A stretch of DNA of 64,000 nt, taken from assembly GCA_017428325.1 (NCBI GenBank), contig JAFRRA010000005.1, forward strand, positions 126,007 to 190,006, read 5' to 3'. The number at the start of each line of letters is the position of its first letter. The stretch's first letter is position 1. Source of the stretch: Bacteroidales bacterium (GTDB taxonomy: Bacteria > Bacteroidota > Bacteroidia > Bacteroidales > UBA932). The notes under the pieces were generated by a model. It was not told the origin of the DNA. It saw only the letters and a program-made list of their open reading frames with translations, and ran no database searches. A program made the translations under genes and the position numbers. Positions 42,330 through 50,633 of this stretch are shown here, in pieces.

Positions 42330-43154
42330 TTAAAAGCTCTTGGCGATGGCGATAAAGTCGTCTGCCTTGAGGCTTGCGCCACCGATCAGGCCGCCGTCAA
42401 TGTCTTTCTGGCTAAAAAGTTCCCGGGCGTTGGAAGGCTTGCAGCTTCCGCCGTAGAGGATGGAAGTTTCTTCTGCAAGGGCTCCGAACTTCTCTGCCAG
42501 AGTCTTGCGGATGAAAGCGTGGATTTCCTGAGCCTGCTCCTTGGTTGCGGTCTCGCCGGTTCCTATGGCCCAGATTGGCTCGTATGCGACAACGATATTT
42601 TTCATCTGCTCAGGGCTGAGGTTGAAAAGGACTTCCTTTATTTCCTCTGCGACTACATCAAAGTGCTTTCCTGCCTTTCTTTCCTCGAGGGCTTCTCCTA
42701 CGCAGTAGATGACTTTAAGGCCGGCTGCCAGTGCCTGGCCTATTTTCTCAAGAAGGATGGCGTTGGTTTCTCCGTAGTAGCCTCTTCTTTCCGAATGGCC
42801 GAGGATAACATACTCTACAGGGGCTCCGGTAGCGCCTTCGGGGGCGCCGGCTACGGTTCCTACCGCCTTGCTTACGGATGCGAGCATTTTGGCTGAAACC
42901 TCTCCGGTGTAAGCGCCTTTTTCCTTGTCAGAGCAGTTCTGGGCGCCGAGAGAGAGCTTGCTGCGGCAGAACGGGCATTTGATGTCGCCGATGATCTTGC
43001 TTACAGGGAAAAGATGGGTGAAAGGAGTGTTCACGATGAGTTTCACGTCCTGAGGTACGTCTTCTATCTTTGCGATTATCTGGTTAACAAGGTCGATTCC
43101 TTCGGCAACTGTGGTGTTCATTTTCCAGTTTCCGGCAACAATTTTCTGTCTCAT
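42330..43154 (-). CDS. tpiA: Triose-phosphate isomerase (with two insertions)
   Basis: The motifs are IVAGNWKMN, GAYTGEVS, YVILGHSERR, AYEPIWAIGTG and LYGGSCKPSNA. I set the start at the ATG at 43152-43154 (MRQKIVAGNWKMN). Confidence 0.9.
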   Translation of the reverse strand: MRQKIVAGNWKMNTTVAEGIDLVNQIIAKIEDVPQDVKLIVNTPFTHLFPVSKIIGDIKCPFCRSKLSLGAQNCSDKEKGAYTGEVSAKMLASVSKAVGTVAGAPEGATGAPVEYVILGHSERRGYYGETNAILLEKIGQALAAGLKVIYCVGEALEERKAGKHFDVVAEEIKEVLFNLSPEQMKNIVVAYEPIWAIGTGETATKEQAQEIHAFIRKTLAEKFGALAEETSILYGGSCKPSNARELFSQKDIDGGLIGGASLKADDFIAIAKSF

Positions 43155-43200
43155 AATGCGTTGTATTTTTAATATCTTGTTTCGTGTTGATTCTGCGTTG

Positions 43201-43208
43201 CAAAAGTA
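43201..43208 (-). promoter_or_regulatory. -7 box (TACTTTTG) for tpiA
   Basis: The reverse complement of caaaagta lies about 47 nt upstream of the tpiA ATG. Confidence 0.4.
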
Positions 43209-43255
43209 GCAAATAGTGGGTATTTTTGTATCCGGATTTCTGGAGAATATAGGGT

Positions 43256-44242
43256 TTGAAAAAGAGTGGAGCATATTTTTTAGTCTCGGCGATTGCCTTG
43301 CTGGCGCTGTTTGCAGCCGATCTGGTCCTTGGGTCGGCCTCTCTCAGTGTGCGGGATCTTTTCACCACGGACCTGGGAAAGGATATACTTGTGAATTTCC
43401 GTATCCCGAAGGCTGTGGTGGCTTTGGTATGCGGAGTGGCGCTGGCGGTCTGCGGGCTTCAGATGCAGACGCTTTTCCGCAATCCGCTGGCGGATCCTTA
43501 CATATTGGGAGTCAGCAGCGGAGCGGGGCTTGGCGTGGCTCTCTACATAATGGGAATGTCGCTGTTTGGAGGTGGGGGAGGTTCCGTCCTGAATACCCTG
43601 GGCAGCGCTGGAGCGGCACTTGCCGGAGCGGCCCTGGTGACAGTTCTCATAATGTATGTCTCCAACAGGGTTAAGGGAAGCCTGACACTCCTGATCTTCG
43701 GAGTTATGATAGGCTTCATAGCAAGCGCCCTTGTGAATCTTCTCCAGTACACGTCAAACGCACATTCCCTAAAGGCCTATGTCCTGTGGACAATGGGAAG
43801 CTTTGCGGCTCTGGATGGAGTCCAGATATCTATACTGTGTGGCCTGGTTATCTTGGGACTTGTCCTTGCCGTAATGAATATCAAGGACTTGAACGCCATT
43901 CTTCCAGGGGAGGCTTATGCCGCATCAATAGGATTGGATATAAAGAAGATAAGGATGCGTATCCTGGCTTCCACAACTCTTCTGTCCGGTGCGGTGACGG
44001 CTTTCTGCGGGCCGATAGGCTTCCTGGGAATAGCAGTGCCGCATATCGCCCGTTTCATTTTCCGCAACGCGGACCATCGCGTATTGCTCCCTGCCTCGGC
44101 CCTTCTGGGCGGATGCCTGACTCTTCTTGCAGATACGCTGAGCGAACTACCGGGAACAGGCGGGGTGATACCTATCAATACCGTGGCAGCCCTTCTGGGC
44201 ATTCCGGTAATTCTTGTCATTCTCTTCAGAAAGGGGCGGTAA
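43256..44242 (+). CDS. FecCD/BtuC-family iron-siderophore/cobalamin ABC transporter permease
   Basis: The 328-aa polytopic protein has typical FecCD segments (NPLADPYILGVSSGAGLG, AAGAALVTVLI, STTLLSGAVTAFCGPIGFLGIAVPHIAR). The start appears to be a TTG. A TATTTTTG -7 box lies at 43221-43228. Confidence 0.8.
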   Translation: MKKSGAYFLVSAIALLALFAADLVLGSASLSVRDLFTTDLGKDILVNFRIPKAVVALVCGVALAVCGLQMQTLFRNPLADPYILGVSSGAGLGVALYIMGMSLFGGGGGSVLNTLGSAGAALAGAALVTVLIMYVSNRVKGSLTLLIFGVMIGFIASALVNLLQYTSNAHSLKAYVLWTMGSFAALDGVQISILCGLVILGLVLAVMNIKDLNAILPGEAYAASIGLDIKKIRMRILASTTLLSGAVTAFCGPIGFLGIAVPHIARFIFRNADHRVLLPASALLGGCLTLLADTLSELPGTGGVIPINTVAALLGIPVILVILFRKGR

Positions 44243-44277
44243 GGGAGCCTTTATTTGATAAAGCCGAGGATTTTGCC

Positions 44278-44285
44278 TAAATTTG
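44278..44285 (+). promoter_or_regulatory. -7 box (TAAATTTG) for tig-clpP-clpX
   Basis: This is an exact TAnnTTTG match about 57 nt upstream of the ATG at 44342. Confidence 0.4.
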
Positions 44286-44341
44286 CCGGCCTTGGACATT
44301 TATGTCCATCGCCGGGCAGAATATTTACAATTAGAGACAAT

Positions 44342-45739
44342 ATGAAAATTACAAAGAAAGAAACACAGCAGCTGACCTACATGCTTACGGTAGAGTTCGA
44401 GAAGAAAGAAGCAAACGAAAAGAAAGACAAACAGCTGAGAGAGTATCGCAGAAAGGCAGAATTGAAGGGATTCCGCAAGGGAATGGCTCCTATGGGGCTG
44501 ATAGAGAGACTTTATGGCCCTGCCGCAATGAACGAGGCGATAAACGAGATAATCACAGACGGGATCAACGGTTACATAAAGGACAACAACCTGGACCTTA
44601 TCGGCGAGCCAATCCCTAACGAGGAGCTCCAGAAGCCGATAGATCCTGAGAAAGACGAAGTGTTCGAGTTCGTATATGATATGGCTGTACGTCCTGAGAT
44701 AAATCTTTCCCTGGACAAGGACGACAAGGTTGCTTACTACAGCATAAAGGTTGAGGAAGAAGGTCTTAAGAAGTACAAGGAGGATATGCTCCGCCAGTTT
44801 GGTACTCTGGTGGACACGGAGAAAGCCGGCGAGGAAGACTTCCTGGTCGTTGACCTTGAGCAGGGAGACAAGAAGGTGGAGAATACTTACGTGACCCTGA
44901 AGAGCATAGACGAAAAAAACAAGAAGCAGTTCCTCGGCAAGAAGGTCGGAGACAGCTTTGACATTGACGTTGTCAAGTGCTTCCCTAACGAGACAGACAG
45001 GGCTTCCCTGCTCCGCGTGGGAAAGGATGAGTTTGACGCTTCCGCTCCAGTATATAAACTGACAATCAACAAAGTGCAGACCTTTACCCCTGCAAAGGCT
45101 GACCAGAATCTCTTCGACCGCGTATTCGGCAAGGATGCCGTAAAGGACGAGAAGGAGTTCGACAAGAAACTGGAAGAAAAACTCAGGGGAGAATACAAAC
45201 AGGAAAGCGACTGGCGCTTCAGGCGTGACCTTATAGATTATCTGGTGAAGAAGGCCGATCTCCCTCTTCCAGAGGAATTCCTCAAGAAATGGCTCTTCAA
45301 GATCAACGAAGGCAAGTTCACTATGGAGCAGATTGAGAAGGAGTTTCCTCTCTTCCTTCAGGATTACCGCTGGCAGATGATAAGCCGCAAGATATTCGCA
45401 GACCAGAAGATGAACATCACCAAGGAGGACCTCAAGAAGGTTGCCAGGGAGATGACCGCAACCCAGTTTGCAATGTACGGCCTGAACCAGGTTCCTGAGC
45501 AGACTCTGGACCAGTATGCCGAGCAGATGCTCAACAACGAGAAGGAGGCTAACCGCGTGTTCGAGAAATGCGAGGAAGACAAAGTCCTGGACTATGTAAA
45601 GGGCGTAATAGAGGCTGACATCAAGGAAGTTACACGCGAAGAACTTGCCCTTCTGAACGAGAACGCCGCTCCTGTCAAGACTGCCAAGAAGAAGGCTGCC
45701 CCAAAGAAGACCGTCAAGAAAACCCCAAAGGCTGAATAA
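44342..45739 (+). CDS. tig: Trigger factor with Lys-rich C-terminal tail
   Basis: MKITKKETQQLTYMLTVEF...GFRKGMAPMGLIERLYG contains the ribosome-binding GFRxGxxP motif. The gene sits upstream of clpP-clpX. The tail reads PVKTAKKKAAPKKTVKKTPKAE. Confidence 0.88.
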   Translation: MKITKKETQQLTYMLTVEFEKKEANEKKDKQLREYRRKAELKGFRKGMAPMGLIERLYGPAAMNEAINEIITDGINGYIKDNNLDLIGEPIPNEELQKPIDPEKDEVFEFVYDMAVRPEINLSLDKDDKVAYYSIKVEEEGLKKYKEDMLRQFGTLVDTEKAGEEDFLVVDLEQGDKKVENTYVTLKSIDEKNKKQFLGKKVGDSFDIDVVKCFPNETDRASLLRVGKDEFDASAPVYKLTINKVQTFTPAKADQNLFDRVFGKDAVKDEKEFDKKLEEKLRGEYKQESDWRFRRDLIDYLVKKADLPLPEEFLKKWLFKINEGKFTMEQIEKEFPLFLQDYRWQMISRKIFADQKMNITKEDLKKVAREMTATQFAMYGLNQVPEQTLDQYAEQMLNNEKEANRVFEKCEEDKVLDYVKGVIEADIKEVTREELALLNENAAPVKTAKKKAAPKKTVKKTPKAE

Positions 45740-45756
45740 CGGCCAGACCGATAATT

Positions 45757-46437
45757 ATGAACAAGACTAACGATTTCAAGCTTTTTGCATCAGACCGTAA
45801 AGGTGTCAGCTCCCTGAAACTGGACGGTTACGCAGCCCAGACCGCTGCTTACATCAACCCGACAATCATTGAGGAGAGACGCCTCAATGTAGCTTCTATG
45901 GATGTGTTCTCACGTCTTATGATGGACAGGATCATCTTCCTGGGTGTTCCTATCGACGATGATGTGGCAAACATTGTCCAGGCCCAGCTTCTCTATCTGG
46001 AATCAGCAGACCCTGAGGCAGATATTCAGCTGTATATCAATTCTCCGGGCGGGCAGGTATATGCCGGTTGGGGCATTTACGACACGATGAACCTCGTAAA
46101 CCCTAAGGTTGGTACAATCTGTACGGGTATGGCCGCTTCCATGGCCGCTGTTCTGCTGGCTGCAGGCGAGAAGGGAAGACGCAGTGCCCTTCCTCACTCC
46201 AGGATAATGATCCATCAGCCAATGGGCGGAACTTCCGGACAGGCATCCGACATTGAGATCGAGGCAAGGGAAATCATCAAGACAAAGAAAGAACTCTACG
46301 AGTCTCTGGCACAGAACACCGGCAAGACCCTGGAACAGATTGAGAAAGACGCTGACAGGGATTACTGGATGACTGCCGTTGAGGCCAAGGAGTACGGAAT
46401 GATCGACGAGATTCTGGCCAAGGCCAAGAAGAAATAG
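45757..46437 (+). CDS. clpP: ATP-dependent Clp protease proteolytic subunit
   Basis: The catalytic contexts are GMAASMAAVLL (Ser), IMIHQPMGG (His) and DRDYWMTA (Asp). Confidence 0.95.
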   Translation: MNKTNDFKLFASDRKGVSSLKLDGYAAQTAAYINPTIIEERRLNVASMDVFSRLMMDRIIFLGVPIDDDVANIVQAQLLYLESADPEADIQLYINSPGGQVYAGWGIYDTMNLVNPKVGTICTGMAASMAAVLLAAGEKGRRSALPHSRIMIHQPMGGTSGQASDIEIEAREIIKTKKELYESLAQNTGKTLEQIEKDADRDYWMTAVEAKEYGMIDEILAKAKKK

Positions 46438-46439
46438 AA

Positions 46440-47711
46440 ATGGCATCCGGAACTAAGGGAAACGGAAAGGAAAACTCCACTCCGCGATGCATCATTTGCG
46501 GAAGGTCTGAGGAGGACGGAGCCTTGCTGATAGGCCGTTCTTCCGGGTGCATATGTGCTGAGTGTGTAGAGAACATTCATAATTACATTCAAGAAAACCA
46601 GCCGGCGAAAGACCGTGGCAAGCTGGTTTCCGGTGTCAGGGACGAGTTCAGGGAACTGACTCCGCAAAAGATCCACAAATATCTGGACCAGTATGTGATA
46701 GGGCAGGACGAGGCAAAGAAATTCCTCAGTGTCGCCGTGTATAATCACTACAAGAGGATATTGAATCAGGATTCTTCAGATTCTTCCCTTGAACTGGAGA
46801 AGTCCAATGTGCTTATGGTCGGTCCGACCGGAACCGGCAAGACCCTCCTGGCACGTTCAATAGCCAAGATGCTTCACCTTCCGTTCGCCATTGTGGACGC
46901 TACCGTCCTTACTGAGGCGGGATATGTCGGGGAGGATGTGGAGAGCATCCTTACGCGACTTCTGCAAGATGCTGATTATGATGTCGCAAAGGCTGAAATG
47001 GGAATCGTCTTCATCGATGAGATTGACAAGATTGCCCGCAAGAGCGACAATCCTTCCATCACCAGGGATGTGTCCGGAGAGGGTGTGCAGCAGGCGATGC
47101 TCAAGATCCTTGAAGGCAATATCGTGAACGTACCTCCGCAGGGTGGCCGCAAGCATCCGGAGCAGAAGATGATAGCAGTCAACACAAACAACATCCTGTT
47201 CATCTGCGGCGGAGCATTCGAGGGCATAGACAAGAAGATAGCCCAGAGATTGAATACCAAGGTGGTAGGATACGGGGTGCAGGAGAAGGCCAAGGGAGTG
47301 GACAGGAAGAATCTGCTGCGATACATAGCGCCCCAGGACCTGCGTTCCTATGGACTGATTCCTGAACTCATAGGCAGGCTCCCTGTTGTTACATTCCTCA
47401 ACCCGCTGGGCCGCGATGCGCTTATGGATATACTCACCCAGCCGAAAAATGCCCTGATGAAGCAGTACAGGCAGATGTTCAAACTGGACGGGATAGACTT
47501 GAAGGTGGATGCCGAAGTGCTTGACCTGATTGTAGATACGGCAATCAAATACGATCTTGGAGCAAGAGGTCTGCGTTCCATCTGCGAGGCCATTATGGTT
47601 GACGCGATGTACGAGGCTCCTTCTTCAGACAGGAAATCCTTCAGGGTAACATTGCCTTATGCCAAGGAAAAACTTGGCTCGTTCACCGGCGGGCTATTGA
47701 TACAGAACTGA
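46440..47711 (+). CDS. clpX: ATP-dependent Clp protease ATP-binding subunit ClpX
   Basis: The N-terminal zinc-binding Cys pairs are CIICG...CICAEC. Walker A is GPTGTGKT and Walker B is IVFIDEIDK. The pore-loop region is ITRDVSGEGVQQ. Confidence 0.95.
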   Translation: MASGTKGNGKENSTPRCIICGRSEEDGALLIGRSSGCICAECVENIHNYIQENQPAKDRGKLVSGVRDEFRELTPQKIHKYLDQYVIGQDEAKKFLSVAVYNHYKRILNQDSSDSSLELEKSNVLMVGPTGTGKTLLARSIAKMLHLPFAIVDATVLTEAGYVGEDVESILTRLLQDADYDVAKAEMGIVFIDEIDKIARKSDNPSITRDVSGEGVQQAMLKILEGNIVNVPPQGGRKHPEQKMIAVNTNNILFICGGAFEGIDKKIAQRLNTKVVGYGVQEKAKGVDRKNLLRYIAPQDLRSYGLIPELIGRLPVVTFLNPLGRDALMDILTQPKNALMKQYRQMFKLDGIDLKVDAEVLDLIVDTAIKYDLGARGLRSICEAIMVDAMYEAPSSDRKSFRVTLPYAKEKLGSFTGGLLIQN

Positions 47712-47712
47712 T

Positions 47713-48576
47713 ATGACTTACGACGAACTATATGCTCAGATAAAGAAAAAGGGAAGTTTCCTGTGTGTGGGACTGGATACGGATCTGGACAAGGTCCCGG
47801 CATGTGTCAAGGAGCGCAACGTCACTATGAGCGATGCTGAAGCGATCTTCCTTTTCAACAAGGACATCATTGACGCTACAATCCCATATGCCGTTGCCTA
47901 CAAGCTGAATACAGCGTTCTATGAGGCAGCTGGCTGGGAGGGCATTATGGAGATGGAAAGGACTGCCCAGTATATCAGGGATACCTATCCGGGCATCTTT
48001 ATTATCGCCGATGCAAAAAGGGGAGACATAGGCAACACTGCCAAACAGTATGCAAAGGCTTTCTTTGAAAGGATGGACTGCGATGCAGTCACGCTCTCTC
48101 CTTATATGGGTGGAGACGCTGTGCTTCCGTTCCTTTCGTACAAGGGAAAGTGGGTAATCCTGCTGTCTCTGACTTCCAATGTCACGGCACTGGATTTCGA
48201 GACCCTTCCGGTTTCGGCTCAGACTGATGACCTTTATCAGGCTCAGGTGCAGATGCCTTTGTACGAGAGAGTGATACGCAAGGCTTCCGAGTGGGGGAAC
48301 AAGGAGAACATAATGTTTGTGGTTGGGGCTACCCGTCCCGAGCAGCTTGCCCGGATCCGCAGCATATCTCCGGAGAGTTTCTTCCTTGTTCCTGGCGTTG
48401 GGGCTCAGGGCGGAAGCGTCGAGGAGGTTGCCAAGGCTGCGATGAACCCTCGTTGCGGCTTGCTAGTCAATTCTTCACGCGGAATCATATATGCGGACAA
48501 CTCGGAAAAATTCGCGGAAGCCGCAGCTGCCAAGGCCGCAGAAATGGCCTCGGAAATGAAACGTTATCTTGAATAG
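47713..48576 (+). CDS. pyrF: Orotidine 5'-phosphate decarboxylase (long, type 2)
   Basis: CVGLDTDLDKVP...IIADAKRGDIGNTAKQYA...PGVGAQGG shows the characteristic type 2 OMPdecase motifs. Confidence 0.88.
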   Translation: MTYDELYAQIKKKGSFLCVGLDTDLDKVPACVKERNVTMSDAEAIFLFNKDIIDATIPYAVAYKLNTAFYEAAGWEGIMEMERTAQYIRDTYPGIFIIADAKRGDIGNTAKQYAKAFFERMDCDAVTLSPYMGGDAVLPFLSYKGKWVILLSLTSNVTALDFETLPVSAQTDDLYQAQVQMPLYERVIRKASEWGNKENIMFVVGATRPEQLARIRSISPESFFLVPGVGAQGGSVEEVAKAAMNPRCGLLVNSSRGIIYADNSEKFAEAAAAKAAEMASEMKRYLE

Positions 48577-48591
48577 TAAAACTTTAAGCAT

Positions 48592-50490
48592 ATGAGAAGA
48601 TTCATAAAGATTTCAGTGATGGCGATTGCAGCCATTTTGGTTTGCATTCCTTCTTTCTCACAGAAGAAACCTAAGGTTACCACCACTGCAACTGTCACAA
48701 TCAAAAGCCCGATGGTGAAAACCAACCACAAGGTGAACACCATTAAGGTTATCTTTACAGGAGACCTTCATTCCTGCGCAGAAAAGTATCCGTTCCTTAC
48801 ATCTTTCATCAGACAGGAGAGGGAAAACGCCCAGCAAAACGGCTATGGAGTCGTTACTCTGGATGCCGGAGACATTGCATTCGGTACAATCTATTCCGCA
48901 TTCACCGAGATAGATGCAACCGAGTACCGTCAGCTGGCCCTGGCCGGATACGATGCTTTCGTTTTCGGAAACCATGACTTTGACCTTGGCCTGACTTCTC
49001 TCTCATATATGTTCTATAATTCCAGAATCCAGGGCAATTCCATCAATCCGGTCACAAACACTCTTGTGGACTGGCCAATCAATATAACAGCCAATATTGA
49101 TGCGGGAGAGGACAAGGATTTCTCCCAGGCGCTTCCTTACATAGGACACCAGCGTTACATCATTCTGGAAAAGGCCGGAATGAAAGTGGGCGTTTTCGGT
49201 ATTCTCGGAAAGAACGCATACGAGACCAGTGCTGTCAAGGGCAAGCTGCTCTGGAAGGATCCTGTTGAGGTTGCAAAGCAGATTATCCCGGCCCTTCAGA
49301 AAGCTGGTGTTGATTTCATTATCGCCCTGAGTCACAGCGGTGCTATGGCAAGGGAGAACAGCGAGGATGCACGTCTGGCCACAGAGTGCCCTGAAATCAA
49401 CCTGATTGTCAGCGGCCACGATCACGAGGCCCTTGCAAAGCCATTTATGGTAGGCAATACCGCAATTGTTTCCGCTGGAGCAAACGGAGCCCTCATCGGT
49501 GAGGTTGACCTTCTCAAGACGGATGGCGGTGTCAAGGTTGAAGATTACAAGATCCTTCCTGTCCCAGAGGACATCACTCCGGATCCGGCAACCCGGATCA
49601 TCGTGAACAAGCTCAAGGAGAAGGTTGAAGACCAGTTCGGAAAGCGCTATCACTCTTCTCTGTTTGACGTGATTGATACTGTCAGGACTCCACTTTCCAT
49701 CCGTACGGATTCGACAGGTTTCAACCCTATGGGTTACGATGTGGCGAAGGCTATCTTCAACGCCGCCTATTTCCTGACGGAGATAGGAATAGATTCTTCA
49801 AGACTGATATCCGTCGTTCCTGACGGAGTCCTCCGCCAGCAGCTTCCTGCAGGACCTGTTACATACAACGATATTTTCAACTCCCTATCCCTGGGCAGGG
49901 ATTCCAGGAAGAATCCTGGCAGCCAGCTGGTGGTTGTCTATCTCAAGGGAAGCGAAATCAAGAAGATCTGCGAGTTCAACTGCTCATCCGCAGCCGAGAA
50001 TCCTGATACCCACATGAGCTTCTACGGCATCAACTACACTTACAATTCCCGTTTGCCTAAGTTCTTCAGGGTCAAGAATGTTTATGTTCACGGAAAGAAG
50101 GTAGTCTCTTCAGACCTCTATCCTGTTGTAACGGACATTTACACAGCCAACAACATCTCCCTTGCCGGCGAGAAGTCTCACGGACTGCTGAGCCTGGACC
50201 CTAAGAACAAGGACGGCAAGGAAGTTCCGGATATTGAGCGTTACTGCAGCCTCAGAGGCAACGCCGCCGGCTGGTTCCTTGACAATGCCGATATCCAGGA
50301 GTGGTATGCCTATGCCGTTTATCTGAGAGACAAGGTTATTCTCGGCGACAGCTATCCTGTTCCTGCCGCAACCAACAAGCCGAGCTACCTGCCTTACATA
50401 ATCTTCGGAGGCCTCTGCATCCTGGCCCTTCTCCTGATAGACTTTGTCATCAGGTCTTTCAAGAAAAAGAAGAAAGCCCAGAAAGCTTAA
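48592..50490 (+). CDS. Bifunctional metallophosphatase/5'-nucleotidase, C-terminally membrane-anchored
   Basis: The protein has a signal peptide. Calcineurin-like motifs are FTGDLHS, LDAGD, GNHDFD and SHSG...SGHDHE. A C-terminal TM helix is followed by a KKKKKAQKA tail. Confidence 0.8.
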   Translation: MRRFIKISVMAIAAILVCIPSFSQKKPKVTTTATVTIKSPMVKTNHKVNTIKVIFTGDLHSCAEKYPFLTSFIRQERENAQQNGYGVVTLDAGDIAFGTIYSAFTEIDATEYRQLALAGYDAFVFGNHDFDLGLTSLSYMFYNSRIQGNSINPVTNTLVDWPINITANIDAGEDKDFSQALPYIGHQRYIILEKAGMKVGVFGILGKNAYETSAVKGKLLWKDPVEVAKQIIPALQKAGVDFIIALSHSGAMARENSEDARLATECPEINLIVSGHDHEALAKPFMVGNTAIVSAGANGALIGEVDLLKTDGGVKVEDYKILPVPEDITPDPATRIIVNKLKEKVEDQFGKRYHSSLFDVIDTVRTPLSIRTDSTGFNPMGYDVAKAIFNAAYFLTEIGIDSSRLISVVPDGVLRQQLPAGPVTYNDIFNSLSLGRDSRKNPGSQLVVVYLKGSEIKKICEFNCSSAAENPDTHMSFYGINYTYNSRLPKFFRVKNVYVHGKKVVSSDLYPVVTDIYTANNISLAGEKSHGLLSLDPKNKDGKEVPDIERYCSLRGNAAGWFLDNADIQEWYAYAVYLRDKVILGDSYPVPAATNKPSYLPYIIFGGLCILALLLIDFVIRSFKKKKKAQKA

Positions 50491-50515
50491 ATCCGGCCTG
50501 TAAACAAATTATAAG

Positions 50516-50550
50516 GGGTGTAAAGAAAATTTACACCCTTTTCTTTTTGT
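50516..50550 (+). terminator. Rho-independent terminator after the 5'-nucleotidase gene
   Basis: The stem is GGGTGTAAA-gaaaa-TTTACACCC, followed by TTTTCTTTTTGTTTTT. Confidence 0.75.
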
Positions 50551-50590
50551 TTTTCCTTAAACCTCCTGTTTCTCAGCGATTTGACTTTTG

Positions 50591-50606
50591 TGGCACGGGT
50601 GGTGCT
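50591..50606 (+). promoter_or_regulatory. Sigma-54 (-24/-12) promoter upstream of the TolC/MacAB operon
   Basis: The sequence is TGGCACGGGTGGTGCT. It has GG-N10-GC spacing with a perfect -24 TGGCAC and a -12 GTGC. It lies 28 nt upstream of the ATG at 50634. Confidence 0.6.
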
Positions 50607-50633
50607 ACTATATGTTGCGATTGATTTCAGGTT

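Noticed and set aside
43155-43255. A possible cobalamin or other riboswitch upstream of the FecCD/BtuC-like permease.
   Set aside because: The intergenic region is only about 100 nt. It is largely taken up by two divergent -7 boxes. It is too short for a cobalamin riboswitch, and no B12-box-like sequence is visible.
43216-44280. Alternative-frame ORFs (43216-43674, 43786-44280) lie on the same strand as the permease gene.
   Set aside because: They are Gly/Arg/Ser-rich out-of-frame translations of a GC-rich membrane-protein gene. The FecCD frame carries the family motifs.
44293-44306. The palindrome GGACAT-TT-ATGTCC lies in the tig leader.
   Set aside because: It is a short 6-bp-arm repeat that could arise by chance, and I can attach no supporting context to it.
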